Made by a program: the position numbers and the translations under genes
Shown: positions 10,301 to 22,423 of the stretch, one piece after another
How positions within the stretch are numbered: the stretch's first letter is position 1
Layout of the letters: every line of letters begins with the position of its first letter
From: Octopus bimaculoides
Lineage: Eukaryota
Assembly (NCBI RefSeq): GCF_001194135.2
Contig: NC_068988.1
Span: 56,209,336 to 56,247,181 of the forward strand
DNA length: 37,846 bases
Direction of reading: 5' to 3'
The notes under the pieces: model-generated
Told to the model about the DNA's origin: nothing
What the model saw: the letters and a program-made list of their open reading frames with translations, nothing else
Database searches by the model: none

Positions 10301-12715
10301 GCATAAAAAGTATGAGTACTCAATACATAAAGCAAATATCTTTTATTGCTTGACGTACTGCATACAGTATAAGAAACTCAGAATGGCAATTGAGTGTATC
10401 ATCGGCTCCGAATTAACACACATTCTCAAATGTGAAAGAGTGAGGCGGAAGAAAGTGAGAACTTATAAATGCATAAATGGAAGGGCTTCAGTCTGATATC
10501 GAAAATATTGTGTAACTGGTTCCTTAATATGCGATGAATAATAAAAGACAGCCATCTTATACGCAAACTCTTACACACTAATAATTAACAATCACTTGGC
10601 CTGTCGTATCTCTTCCTCTGCAACAGCGCTTTCTACGTTTTTGAAATTGCTCGCTCGGAACCAAACCCACTGAAATTCACCACATCAAAATATTTCCTAA
10701 ATATTTTTCTAGCCTTTCATCTCTAGAAATTGCATGCCTCTCTATCACCGTTGCTGTCAATATATCCCGCCCCTTCTCAATACCTAAGCATTCTCAGTAC
10801 TAACTTTATCTACTTAACCTTATCGTTCATTATCAATGGCTTCAAAAATGCTATGAACATTATTAATCCTAATAAAACTAACTAAAACAAAACAAAACAA
10901 AAAAATAAAGATACCCCCTACGTTACTATAATTTAATAATAAATATCGGTGAACGTAAGCTTAGGGAATTTCTCGAAGTCATTGTAAATTTCAAACCAGT
11001 TTTGCATTGTTTTAGAGATATCAATGATCTAAGTCATTTTTTTTTTTGTATAGCAATAGATTGAATAAATGTGTGAACAGTATTGATGTATAGAGAGTTT
11101 TATTATCTTACTCTCAAAGAATACTGTCGACCAAGTATTTATATCTAATTTACGAAGGGACAGATTTGAGTCTACTTACTCTTGTTGAACACGATCATTA
11201 AAGACTTTAGAACAATATATCGTACACTCTACACTTCCTGCCACATTTTGCCCGCTTCTATCATGCTCTTATTCTTTATTGGCTGCGTTCATTCACTTAC
11301 ACCCCCATTACCGCTACTGTCATCATCATCACCGCCATCACCACTTCAATTATCTCCCTTACGAATCAGTTGCTCCGGCTATCGCCCACCAATTCGTCTC
11401 CTTTCCACTGTCTGCATGCCTTTTCTATTCTTACTATCTCCCATTGCAAACTCCACTTTACCATAGTCCAGTTTGATATCGAAGGTAACTGTTCTTATTT
11501 TTAAATATACACAATTCAGTAAAAAATTAGATATATCACCGCATTTAAATTTTCACATAAATAAAATATACCACTTCCCTCGATGTCATATACACTGTAA
11601 CATGTTGATATTACTGAATATTCAATGCCGATCATCATCTACAACAACAATAATACAAACGGCAACAATACCAGCAGCAGCGTATAGCATCTTAAAGTAA
11701 AGCAAGAGGACAGGTTATGAAACGGTAAGTAAACCAAAGTAGAAGAACCTACTGCTGTGTTACTCTTGAGCAAATATGGTGAGAGAGAACAAATTTATAA
11801 AACAGAGTAGATATATCATCGTGTTGCTTCACGTCATATATGACAAGATAAATTTATCACTCCTAACAATTGCAAATATAAATAGATAAATGAATAGCTA
11901 GATGGATATATCACTGCGTGCACCCTATATCATTGTCAACACAAACAGAGATATGTTCTAGAATATCACAATCTGTGGATATAGTTTAATAAATCATATT
12001 AGATAGTTTTACTGCATGCATTTTTTAATTTCTCTTGACTTATGAAAATATGGATCTGAGTCTCTCTATGCATGATGTCGGCTGGTTCGACAATATGTTG
12101 CGTAAACTACACCAGTCATCTCCGATTATCATCGTTCGTGTACCGTCTTCCTTGGTCTATACCGATATCTTCTAATCTACTTCGGTCTTTAAATGATTAT
12201 GAACAATGTATGTTTTGTCATTTTTTTTTGTCTTTTTGTTTTTGCTCAGCAAATTGCTATTGATACTACAGTGAGTGTATGTAGTGATTGTACTTAGACT
12301 CTAGTCCGGAATGCAGTATTTATTATTAGTCACTTTTTACTTTTTTGCATTCATACTATTTTCATAATCATCGTGGTCGTTGTCGTCGTCGTCGTCGTCG
12401 TCATTGTTGTTGCTGTGTAGGTGTTGGCGTTGGTGGTGACGGTGGGGAGAATTGCATTGTTGTTGGGAATGTTATTGTCATAGTTGGTGTGTTTTTTTTT
12501 TACCACGCATTTTGTTCTAAATGTATGTCAAAGAAAGAATATGTTGAAGAAAACAAATTAATAAAATGTTAAAACATTAAAAACAAACTACAGTAACCTA
12601 TACACTAATGGCGTACTCTAAGGGATCTTTCAACGCACACACGAACAGAGGAGCATAACAAAAATGAAAACAAGGGGTAAAAAGATTATAAACGAAAATG
12701 GAAAATATTTAATGG

Positions 12716-12760
<45 letters not shown>

Positions 12761-13584
12761 CTGTTTTTTTGTATTTCCATAGCATGGCCTGTTTGATGTG
12801 AATATGTTATAACCAATATCTCGCCTGCAACAACTTAATATCTTTCTCTCTTACATACACTGGAATCGTTTATTTTACTGTTTTGGAGGAGAGACCCCAA
12901 TCTTGTAATTTAACGTTACATCTCTTTGAACAAACAAAAAATAAAGAGGGTGTGAAGAGTTTCTTATAGAAGCTGACTCAGATTTAATTGGTTTAACAGG
13001 CACACGAAAATTGTTATCGTCTGCAATTTGAAGAAAATTCCAATTGACACGTGACATATCATGTATAAACCTCACCGCTTGATGAGAGAGATATCTTAAC
13101 ATCGACATTTCTATCTACACTTTTAATTCTTTCTACATATTTAATTCAATCTACAGTTCTGTTTCCTTGTTTATTTATCTCGAGACAATGTTAGAAACCT
13201 GTTTTATTAATACAAATGTCAATTATTGTTCCCGACAAACAATTCTCTATTTCTCTTTTTAAAAAATACCATCACATGATAGCAATGAAAACGTAGTTTC
13301 CATATGAAATTGTAATATTCAGTAAAATATGAAGTACTCATTAATTGGTTACAAACTTGAATAAAGTTGCTCACGACTGCATTAATGTCTACTGAGATCC
13401 AATATCAAAGACCTAAGTAAGCAATTTATGCCATTTTCACTCGCCCTTCAATATCACAGTAATTTAACACAATAATCCTTTTAGACATCGTTGAGGATCG
13501 TTAGTATTAAGGTGAAGATAGCTTGATGTTGTAACATCATCTCTATCGCAATGACATAAGTGACAACTAAATTAAACTCATATA

Positions 13585-13800
13585 CTGAAGGAATTTGTAT
13601 GAGGTCGCTTGACCTGCTATAAATAGCAACTATATATATTTGAAATCACATCCTACCGCTCTGAAAATGAAGAGGCACTTGAATATTATATCCAGATATA
13701 ATATGCTCCAGAGATGGACGGGGTCGTTATGGCTGAAAGGCTTTTGATCGTAGATGTGATTAGTCAGCGTTGACCTGGATCTAGACAACGACAATAACCA
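13585..13800 (+). mobile_element. Family S4 retroposon-like repeat with (CAA)n-like tail
   Basis: GACCTGCTATAAATAGCA..AAATCACATCCTACCGCTCTGAAAA..GACCTGGATCTAGACAACGACAA. Homologous segments lie at 22340, 27930, 29030, 31015 and 31545. Confidence 0.6.
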
Positions 13801-14139
13801 TAATCCATATATCAAAACTCACAATAAACAATGACGAAACAAAATATATTGTCTTGCACTGTTAATCATGGTGACTAGATAACGCAAAGTACTTTTTGGC
13901 TTACAGCAGTAGCATTTGACACATTCGTTGTTCCTAGTGAAAGCGCCACAAATCTTTTGCTTAGGTGACTTTACTCATCACCCTCTCCAATCCTCCTATC
14001 CTATTTTCCAAACTATTATCAATTTTTTGTAAACGCAAGCGTCTACACATCTTCCTACTTTCTGTTATATATACATACATATATATATGTGTGTGTGTGT
14101 GTGATTTTTTTTAAGCCAAAAGAATGTGAGCTATAAGAT

Positions 14140-14291
14140 TAAGTCAATGGTTTATACTTGTGTTTCGATATGTCGGGATTAAGATCCCTTCTTCGGCTTG
14201 CGACATAAATCGCCGAAAGATTTCCCGGAGGAGGAGTCTTAATCCCGAAATATTGAAATGGAAGCTAGAAGTAAAAAAAACCATTGACTTA
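14140..14291. mobile_element. Palindromic MITE-like element
   Basis: TAAGTCAATGGTTT pairs with AAACCATTGACTTA. TTTCGATATGTCGGGATTAAGA pairs with TCTTAATCCCGAAATATTGAAA. Confidence 0.55.
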
Positions 14292-14853
14292 TCATTTTTC
14301 TTACAACTTACACCGTTTCGGCTTTTACAAAGAAAAATCAAAGCATACACACACACACACACACACACANNNNNNNNNNNNNNNNNNNNNNNNNNNNNNN
14401 NNNNNNNNNNNNNNNNNNNNNNNNNNNNNNNNNNNNNNNNNNNNNNNNNNNNNNNNNNNNNNNNNNNNNNNNNNNNNNNNNNNNNNNNNNNNNNNNNNNN
14501 NNNNNNNNNNNNNNNNNNNNNNNNNNNNNNNNNNNNATATATATATATATATATATATATAATTTAACAGTTTAGCCTTGCTTACTTTATTTTTTGGTTT
14601 GCTCGCATAATTAAGAAAAGCATGTAACTGGTGTGTTATTGTTGCCTCCAATAATCATTGTGGATATGTGTGTGTGCTTTTTTTTTTTTTGTTATTTCTT
14701 TTAAAACTGATTGTCTCTGAGCTTTACGGCTTTATAACATTTCTTAATTTTCATTTTTGCCAGCCATATTTACCTCATTGTATTTTTTTGTTATTATTGT
14801 TATTATTATCACCAATATTACCATTATCATTTTTGCTTTGTGAATGTGCTTAC

Positions 14854-14940
14854 CTTCAAGCTTTCAGGACGCTTTTCCGCCATGACACAGACAGAGAAGA
14901 AAATTGTTGTTTTTTTTTTCTTTTTCATTTCCTTTGTTGC
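14854..14940 (-). CDS. Candidate small exon containing ATG (MAEKRPESLK), phase-0 donor
   Basis: Strong donor AAG|GTAAGC, GTCATGG start context, acceptor TTCTTCAG, 87 nt open. No homology recognised. Confidence 0.25.
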
Positions 14941-15239
14941 CTGAAGAATATTATTTTATGGCTGTAGTCGCCCTCTCTTGAACCGAAACTTTGCATTCTC
15001 ACATGAATTTGTACCATTTGATGCACAATCCACCTGTTTCTGTCTCTCTCTCTCTCTTTCTTTCTCTCTTTACTTTCTCTTTCTCTATCTTGTCTCCCTC
15101 CTTCTATCACTTTTTTCCCTTAATATTTATCTCTCTATTTCTGACAATCTGTCTTCAGTCTGTTTCTATATTTCTTACAAAATTCACCGTTTTATCCCAA
15201 TCTCCCATTCTATTCTTTTCCTATGTATCTTGCTCTATC

Positions 15240-15433
15240 TCCCCCCTCTCTCTCTATCTATTTATCTATTTATCTATTTATCTATCTCCCTCTCTCTCTC
15301 TCTCTATCTATTTATCTATTTATCTATCTCCCTCTCTCTCTATCTATCTATTTATCTATTTATCTATCTCCCTCTCTCTCTCTCTATCTATTTATCTATT
15401 TATCTATTTATCTATCTCCCCCTCTCTCTCTCT
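15240..15433. repeat. Compound higher-order minisatellite
   Basis: About four units of CCC(TC)n TATC(TATTTATC)2-3 TATCT. Confidence 0.85.
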
Positions 15434-15543
15434 CACTTACTCGTCCCTTCTCGCTATTTTAAATTCTAATAAAGAATTAATATCCTATTTTCAAGCAAAA
15501 TTGTTCTGATTAACGTAGAACGACAGCAACAGCAGCAGCAGCT

Positions 15544-15576
<33 letters not shown>

Positions 15577-15689
15577 AATTTCGGAATAAAAAGTTAACAA
15601 TCAGTGACCCGGTTTAGATTCGATCTTGGTTGTAAAGATTTCCAGTTAATATTAGAAATACGCTAGTAAGGTTAGGTAAAAAGATAACA

Positions 15690-16322
15690 TTTTATTCTAG
15701 CGTCATCTAAGACGATTTGAAAGAAATATAAATTATTATGACGTGTATTTGCGTTCTGTTCTGAGTTAAAATCTAACTGAAGTCAGCTTTGCTTTTCATC
15801 TCTCTGGAGTCGATAAAATAAAATAACATACAAGTATTGGTGTAAGTTTATTCTAATAAGATCTTCCTCGCAAAATTGTTACTTTTGCTTATGGGAGAAA
15901 TGTTAGCACGCCGGGCGAAATGCTTAGCAGTATTTCGTCCGTCTTTACGTGCAGAGTTCAAATTCAGCCCAGGTTGACTTCGCCTTTTATCCTTTCGGGG
16001 TCGATAAAATAGGTTCCAGTTGAGTACAGGAATCAATGTAATCGACTAGCCCCCTCCCCAAAATTTCAGGCCTTGTGACTTTAGTAGTAAGGATTATTAT
16101 TAAGGCGCAAGCTGGCAGAATTGTTAGCACGCCGGGGAAAATGCTTAGCGGCATTTCATCCGTCCTAACGTTCTGAGTTCAAATTCCGCTGAGGTCAACT
16201 TTGCCTTTCATCTTTTCGGGGTCGATAAATTAAACACGAGTTGCGTACTGGGATCGATCTAATCGACTGGCCCATTCCTCCAAAGTTTCAGGCTTTGCGT
16301 CCAGAATAGAAAAGATTACTAC

Positions 16323-16361
<39 letters not shown>

Positions 16362-16745
16362 NNNNNNNNNNNNNNNNNNNNNNNNNNNNNNNNNNNNNNN
16401 NNNNNNNNNNNNNNNNNNNNNNNNNNNNNNNNNNNNNNNNNNNNNNNNNNNNNNNNNNNNNNNNNNNNNNNNNNNNNNNNNNNNNNNNNNNNNNNNNNNN
16501 NNNNNNNNNNNNNNNNNNNNNNNNNNNNNNNNNNNNNNNNNNNNNNNNNNNNNNNNNNNNNNNNNNNNNNNNNNNNNNNNNNNNNNNNNNNNNNNNNNNN
16601 NNNNNNNNNNNNNNNNNNNNNNNNNNNNNNNNNNNNNNNNNNNNNNNNNNNNNNNNNNNNNNNNNNNNNNNNNNNNNNNNNNNNNNNNNNNNNNNNNNNN
16701 NNNNNNNNNNNNNNNNNNNNNNNNNNNNNNNNNNNNNNNNNNNNN

Positions 16746-16801
<56 letters not shown>

Positions 16802-17068
16802 GTAGTAGTAGTAGTAGTAGTAGTAGTATCGAGGCGTCAAGCTGGCAGAATCAGTAGCATGCCGAACAAAATGCTTAGCATTTCATCCATCTTTGTGTTC
16901 TGAGTTCAAATTCCATTGAGATCGACTTTGCCGTTCATCCTTTAGCGGTCGATGAAATAAATACCAGTTGTGATCGGGGGTCAATATAATCGGCTAACCT
17001 CCTCCTCTGGAATTGTTGACGTCGTGCCAAAATTTAAAGCCATTAATATTATTATTATTATTATTATT
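15690..17068 (+). mobile_element. Head-to-tail array of at least four S1 SINE copies (about 15690-15845, 15892-16100, 16104-16361, 16833-17068) spanning the 16362-16744 gap
   Basis: Repeated head, body and tail motifs separated by (ATT)n/(AGT)n runs. Confidence 0.85.
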
Positions 17069-17289
17069 AGAACATAAAGAACCAGAAGAAATGTTGCTAA
17101 GCAGTTTTTCCGACGCGCTAACGAGTCTGCCAATACACCATCTTTAACAATAAAATTGCTCTTAATCACAAAGGTACAAAGATGTTAGGGACACTTCTAA
17201 AAAAAAAAAAGAAACACAAAGAATAGAAAACTGCTCAAAAAAATAACAAAAACAACAACGAATAACTATAAATTAGGAAAAGAAAATGG

Positions 17290-17600
17290 CCGAAATCGGA
17301 AAGGACAACCACCTAGAGCCATTCATTGTTCCGACTACCAAGAACAAGTGCCTTCTCCCAACTGTCATTCTCCCTCCACCAAGTATATACTGAAAATAGA
17401 CCCTCATCACTCAGATCATGCTCATTACTCTTATCTACCTTTCGATAATGCCTCCCTCTCACTTTCCACTCCAACAGAGACTTTAAAAAATCAGTGAGTG
17501 ATTGACTGAAAGGGTGTGTCTTCGATCCACCATGCAAACTATATCCCGATAGTCGCCAAACAAAAAACAGACTGCCATTCCCGACCAAAGGAAATACAGA
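17290..17600 (-). mobile_element. Degenerate RTE-like LINE ORF2 C-terminal fragment
   Basis: The track ORF 17313-17588 contains LEWKVRGRH..DKSNEHDL and WRENDSWEKALVLG, resembling the RTE C-terminal motifs FEM.C.RR..WT.K.SNE.VL and RRENDSLEK.I.LG. Confidence 0.4.
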
Positions 17601-17740
17601 GGGGATTATCTCTATGATAAGACTTGGCCGATAGTCGAATTAGCCTACACTTGACAGCAGCGGTTCAGTAAAACCCCATCAGTCAATATCTCTCAGATAC
17701 TGAACGAGAACATTGAAAATGGCTTCGTCGTACAATCCTA

Positions 17741-18000
17741 GAACGCATGGCCTAGTGGTTAGGATGTTGCACCCCCGATTGCGAGACTGTGGTTTCAATT
17801 CCTAGACCCAGCAGTGCGTTGTGTTCTTGAGTAAACAACTTCATCTAACGTTGCTCTGCAATCACTTCGACACAGTGCACTTGTTCAGGTAACGTCAATT
17901 TGATGAAGAAAGTGAACTGTTGTGAGATGCATACATTTGATCACAATAAAAAATCATTTCTGTAGGTCATTCCGCAAAAGCTGACCGCTCATACATCTTC
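17741..18000 (+). mobile_element. S3 SINE copy with a third type of 3' tail
   Basis: GCATGGCCTAGTGGTTAGG..GGTTTCAATTCCTAG..TGTTCTTGAGTAAACAACTTCATCTAACGTTGCTC. Confidence 0.7.
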
Positions 18001-18145
18001 TTCAACGGGAGAGTCCATGAGAATGTTAGGAATTTAGAAGTAACGAATGATCAATTGCATCCATTCCAGTATATTACAGCTACTTATTTTTTCAACACTG
18101 GATAGATGAAGGTAACTTTAACAGGATTTGAATTCAGAACAGTGA

Positions 18146-18414
18146 CAGTGCTTCTCAAGCTATCTGATGTGGCGTACCGGCAGTTTTTTTTTTCCAATGT
18201 GCCTGGGACCGGTAATATTTCTTAGTAATATTAATTCATACCAGAAACAATATATATAATAAATACAATAAAAGTTGGCAATTTTATTCTATATTCATTT
18301 TGTAAACAAATAATACAATATTACATAAGGATTTTATAATGTTTCTTTCTTTTCTGGAAACTCGCCGCGTACCGGCAACTGATGACTCGCGGCCCACCAC
18401 TTTGAATAGCACTG
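18146..18414. mobile_element. hAT (Charlie-like) MITE, about 270 bp
   Basis: Terminal inverted repeats CAGTGCTTCTCAA and TTGAATAGCACTG, plus subterminal GCGTACCGGCA at both ends. An 8-bp TSD is not preserved. Confidence 0.7.
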
Positions 18415-18635
18415 CACTAGGAGATATATCTTTAATACCGTTTATTTAATGACCAGCACATTCTGCCGGGAAAGCAAGAAAGTTACGAATACTTCCAATA
18501 CCACTCTTATAGGTGTCTTTCCGTTGTAAGCTTAATCGTTTAGTACTTTTACATATAAGTTGTAGCAGTAGGTAAGCGCGTGTCAATTAAGACATTTATT
18601 TTCGAGACGACTGGCTCGCTATGTTCATGGTTATC

Positions 18636-18769
18636 AATCATCATCATCGTCGTCGTCGTCATCATCCTCATCATCACCATCTTTTTCATTGCTATCATCA
18701 ATGTCATAATTTCCATCATCGTCTCATCATCTCCATCATCATCATCATCATCATTATTTTCGGCATCAC

Positions 18770-18842
<73 letters not shown>

Positions 18843-18843
18843 G
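18636..18843. repeat. (CAT)n microsatellite
   Basis: Long imperfect then perfect CAT run. It explains the poly-S/I/H/M ORFs. Confidence 0.95.
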
Positions 18844-20494
18844 TAATCATATTTGCCGCTACTGCTACCACCAATACCACCACCACCACAAGAAGCAGCA
18901 ACACTAACACCAACACCGCCACCAACAACAGCAGCTGCAGTAACAACAAAACATACGGTAAACAGCTGACATCTTTGTTGAAAACCTCAACTGAAATTTC
19001 TTTCTAACACACTTCAACCAATTCGTGTTTTTGTTTGTAGCTCTGTTCTTCCAATTCTTATTGCTCTTCTTTTATGTCTTTGTGTGTGTGTGTGTGTGTG
19101 AACGCAAGCATATACACACACACGTACATACACAAACATGGATACACATACATAGATACATACATGCACCACTCGCTCACAAACTCACGCACACTCACAC
19201 ACGATCACGTTGATGTCGGATTTGGCGGACGTACCTATTTGTTGATTTGGCTTCAAATGAAGATAGCTGAAATGTCTTCACTCTGAAACCTGGAACTGAA
19301 TTTCCTCACCTCCACCATGCTTCCTATCACCATTTTGTTCAACCGCCACATTCGCCATCTCCGACGTATAAAACAAAACATTTTACCACAAATTTAGGTT
19401 GCTGGTATATTTTTTCCACTTTAGTTACTTCTGTATCTATCTGCTTGTTTTTGTGTATGTCTTTTACACCCCACCCCATATATATATATATATATATATA
19501 TANNNNNNNNNNNNNNNNNNNNNNNNNNNNNNNNNNNNNNNNNNNNNNNNNNNNNNNNNNNNNNNNNNNNNNNNNNNNNNNNNNNNNNNNNNNNNNNNNN
19601 NNNNNNNNNNNNNNNNNNNNNNNNNNNNNNNNNNNNNNNNNNNNNNNNNNNNNNNNNNNNNNNNNNNNNNNNNNNNNNNNNNNNNNNNNNNNNNNNNNNN
19701 NNNNNNNNNNNNNNNNNNNNNNNNNNNNNNNNNNNNNNNNNNNNNNNNNNNNNNNNNNNNNNNNNNNNNNNNNNNNNNNNNNNNNNNNNNNNNNNNNNNN
19801 NNNNNNNNNNNNNNNNNNNNNNNNNNNNNNNNNNNNNNNNNNNNNNNNNNNNNNNNNNNNNNNNNNNNNNNNNNNNNNNNNNNNNNNNNNNNNNNNNNNN
19901 NNNNNNNNNNNNNNNNNNNNNNNNNNNNNNNNNNNNNNNNNNNNNNNNNNNNNNNNNNNNNNNNNNNNNNNNNNNNNNNNNNNNNNNNNNNNNNNNNNNN
20001 NNNNNNNNNNNNNNNNNNNNNNNNNNNNNNNNNNNNNNNNNNNNNNNNNNNNNNNNNNNNNNNNNNNNNNNNNNNNNNNNNNNNNNNNNNNNNNNNNNNN
20101 NNNNNNNNNNNNNNNNNNNNNNNNNNNNNNNNNNNNNNNNNNNNNNNNNNNNNNNNNNNNNNNNNNNNNNNNNNNNNNNNNNNNNNNNNNNNNNNNNNNN
20201 NNNNNNNNNNNNNNNNNNNNNNNNNNNNNNNNNNNNNNNNNNNNNNNNNNNNNNNNNNNNNNNNNNNNNNNNNNNNNNNNNNNNNNNNNNNNNNNNNNNN
20301 NNNNNNNNNNNNNNNNNNNNNNNNNNNNNNNNNNNNNNNNNNNNNNNNNNNNNNNNNNNNNNNNNNNNNNNNNNNNNNNNNNNNNNNNNNNNNNNNNNNN
20401 NNNNNNNNNNNNNNNNNNNNNNNNNNTATACATACACACACACATATACATACATTCATGCATACATATGTACAATCGTACACACACACGCACG

Positions 20495-20536
<42 letters not shown>

Positions 20537-20699
20537 CATAGTGTTATTATTTTAAACTGACACTAGACAAAAACTGTATTATGTTGCACTGTAAGAGATC
20601 CCGTGACCTTCATGGAGAGGATAGAGAACGACAGGGGATGAGAGAGAGAGGCTCTTCGCCATTTCTTTCATCTACTTTTGCCGACTTGTTTTTCAACAC

Positions 20700-20862
20700 C
20701 AGCATCATAACGTCATCATCATACTCATCATTATCACAACCATCATTATCATCATGATCATCATCATTATTATTCTTACTACCTGCATCATCATCATCAT
20801 CATCATCATCACCATCATCATTATCATCATCATCATCATCATCATCATCGTCGTCGTCGTGA
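20700..20862. repeat. Imperfect (CAT)n microsatellite
   Basis: Direct reading. It explains the poly-D/M ORFs. Confidence 0.9.
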
Positions 20863-21344
20863 ATGCCATTTCCGTATTCCTCCACCTCCCCTTTTTCTCA
20901 TCCTTGTCCTTCTCCTCCATATTGTCATCATGAATACCATCTCTGTATTCTTTCTTACCACCATAATTATTATTCTCCTTATTGTTTTTCTAAAATACTG
21001 TCATTATTGTAGCAACATCAGTGCCAAGCAGTGATTCCGAATAAACGAAATTTATGTTAGTTGAAAAGTGTTGGGATATATTTTATCTTTTAATGGTAAA
21101 TTAACTGCAGTTACTGTTGAGAAAAAATGCTCTCCTGGTAAAAGGTGTAAAAACACCTCATCTGCCCAGTGTTACCCACTATCGGATTCTCAAACGGCTG
21201 TTTCAGGCTCATTAGCTTTCTTCAATGGAAAACACTAAAGCGCGATAACTCTGCGCAGATCCAGAACCGTATCTTAACTAAAAAAACAGTCAACATCAGT
21301 GACTGAGTTGCGTTATTCAACATTTTGATCGGACATCAGCACAA

Positions 21345-21617
21345 ATATGTTTGTGGCATATTTTAACTTGTAAAGGCAAATTTACTGCAGTTTCTGTGGA
21401 GAAAAAGTTCTCTCCCATGGCGAAATGTGTAAAAGCACCATATTTTCTTACTGATTCCTCCTGTCGAATTCCCAAGCAACGGAGCAAGAAATGCACGCCG
21501 GAGAATCCGATAGCGCTGATATGGTGTCTTTACACGTTTTACCATAAGAGAAAATTTTTTCCTCCTCGGCAACTGCAGTGAATTTGTCTTTAGAATTTAA
21601 AGTATATCACAAACATA
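21345..21617. mobile_element. Foldback/long-TIR element, with an extra arm copy at about 21068-21195
   Basis: The left arm ATATGTTTGTGG..AAAGGCAAATTTACTGCAGTT..GTGTAAAAGCACC is the reverse complement of the right arm GGTGTCTTTACAC..AACTGCAGTGAATTTGTCTTT..CACAAACATAT. Confidence 0.65.
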
Positions 21618-21809
21618 TCTTAACAAACCTAAAGTTCGTTGTTATTCGATAATCAGAATCATTAGAGCTTAGTTATTTGGTGCCACTCTCCACTTACTGA
21701 GTTCAAATCTCAAAAAGGTCAGTTTTTGCCATTCACTCTGTTTGAGTTGATGTAAACGATTATGCTCTCTCTTCAAAAACTGATCGCTTTTTGCTACTGG
21801 GGGATAAAC

Positions 21810-21968
21810 ATACATACACACACATAAACGACGGATTTTTTTCAGTTTCGTCTTCTAAATCCACTCACAAAGCTTTGGTCGGCCTGAGGCTATAGTAGAA
21901 GATACTTGCCCAAGGTGCAGTGGGACTGAACTCCGAATCATGTGGTTGAAAAGCAAGCTTCTTACCAC
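21810..21968 (-). mobile_element. S2 SINE 5' half
   Basis: Minus strand: GTGGTAAGAAGCTTGCTTTTCAACCAC..GTTCAGTCCCACTGCACCTTGGGCAAGTATCTTCTACTATAGCCTCAGG, a CORE-like CCTTGGGCAAGT block. Confidence 0.8.
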
Positions 21969-21990
21969 TCTTTCTCTCTCTCTCTCTCTT

Positions 21991-22028
<38 letters not shown>

Positions 22029-22034
<6 letters not shown>

Positions 22035-22135
22035 AGCATGCCGGGCAAAATGCTTAGCGTCATTTCGTCTGTCTTTACGTTCTGAGTTCAAATTCCGCAG
22101 AAGTCGACTTTGCCTTTCATCCTTTCGGGGTCGAG
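22029..22135 (+). mobile_element. S1 SINE 5' half
   Basis: GTTAGCATGCCGGGCAAAATGCTTAGC..TTCTGAGTTCAAATTCCGCAGAAGTCGACTTTGCCTTTCATCC. Confidence 0.8.
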
Positions 22136-22423
22136 ACATAGAGAGAGACAAAGAGAGGCATGCGTACATGTGTGTCATACGCAAACACACATACACACAA
22201 CTAGCAGACTAACACTATGACATCTTACTTAACGTGTCTATCATAGTGAGATTTGAACAAGTAAACCCATAAAATACTCGTCAATAACACTGTGCTCTCA
22301 CTGTGCTTGCATCGCTTGCCTTTATCTGCCTCGTTGTTGTTATTGTTAATATCCAGGTCAGTCCTCATTGCTACGATCTTAAATCAAAGCCATCCAAGCT
22401 ATGCACATTTCACCTTAATTTCA

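Noticed and set aside
11182-11490. Stretch open in all three plus frames, with a signal-peptide-like MLLFFIGCVHS
   Set aside because: C/T-rich low-complexity sequence with CAT repeats lacks stops by composition. There is no matching splice site in the ATG frame.
18512-18570. Plus-strand exon-like segment (TTATAG..TAG|GTAAGC, VSFRCKLNRLVLLHISCSS); similar ones at 29723-29774 and 31478-31498
   Set aside because: No compatible neighbouring exon or homology, and such pseudo-exons are expected by chance at this window size.
18621-19007. His/Ile/Thr-rich and Asp-rich (20610-20885) low-complexity proteins
   Set aside because: They are translations of (CAT)n, (CAC)n and (CAA)n microsatellites.
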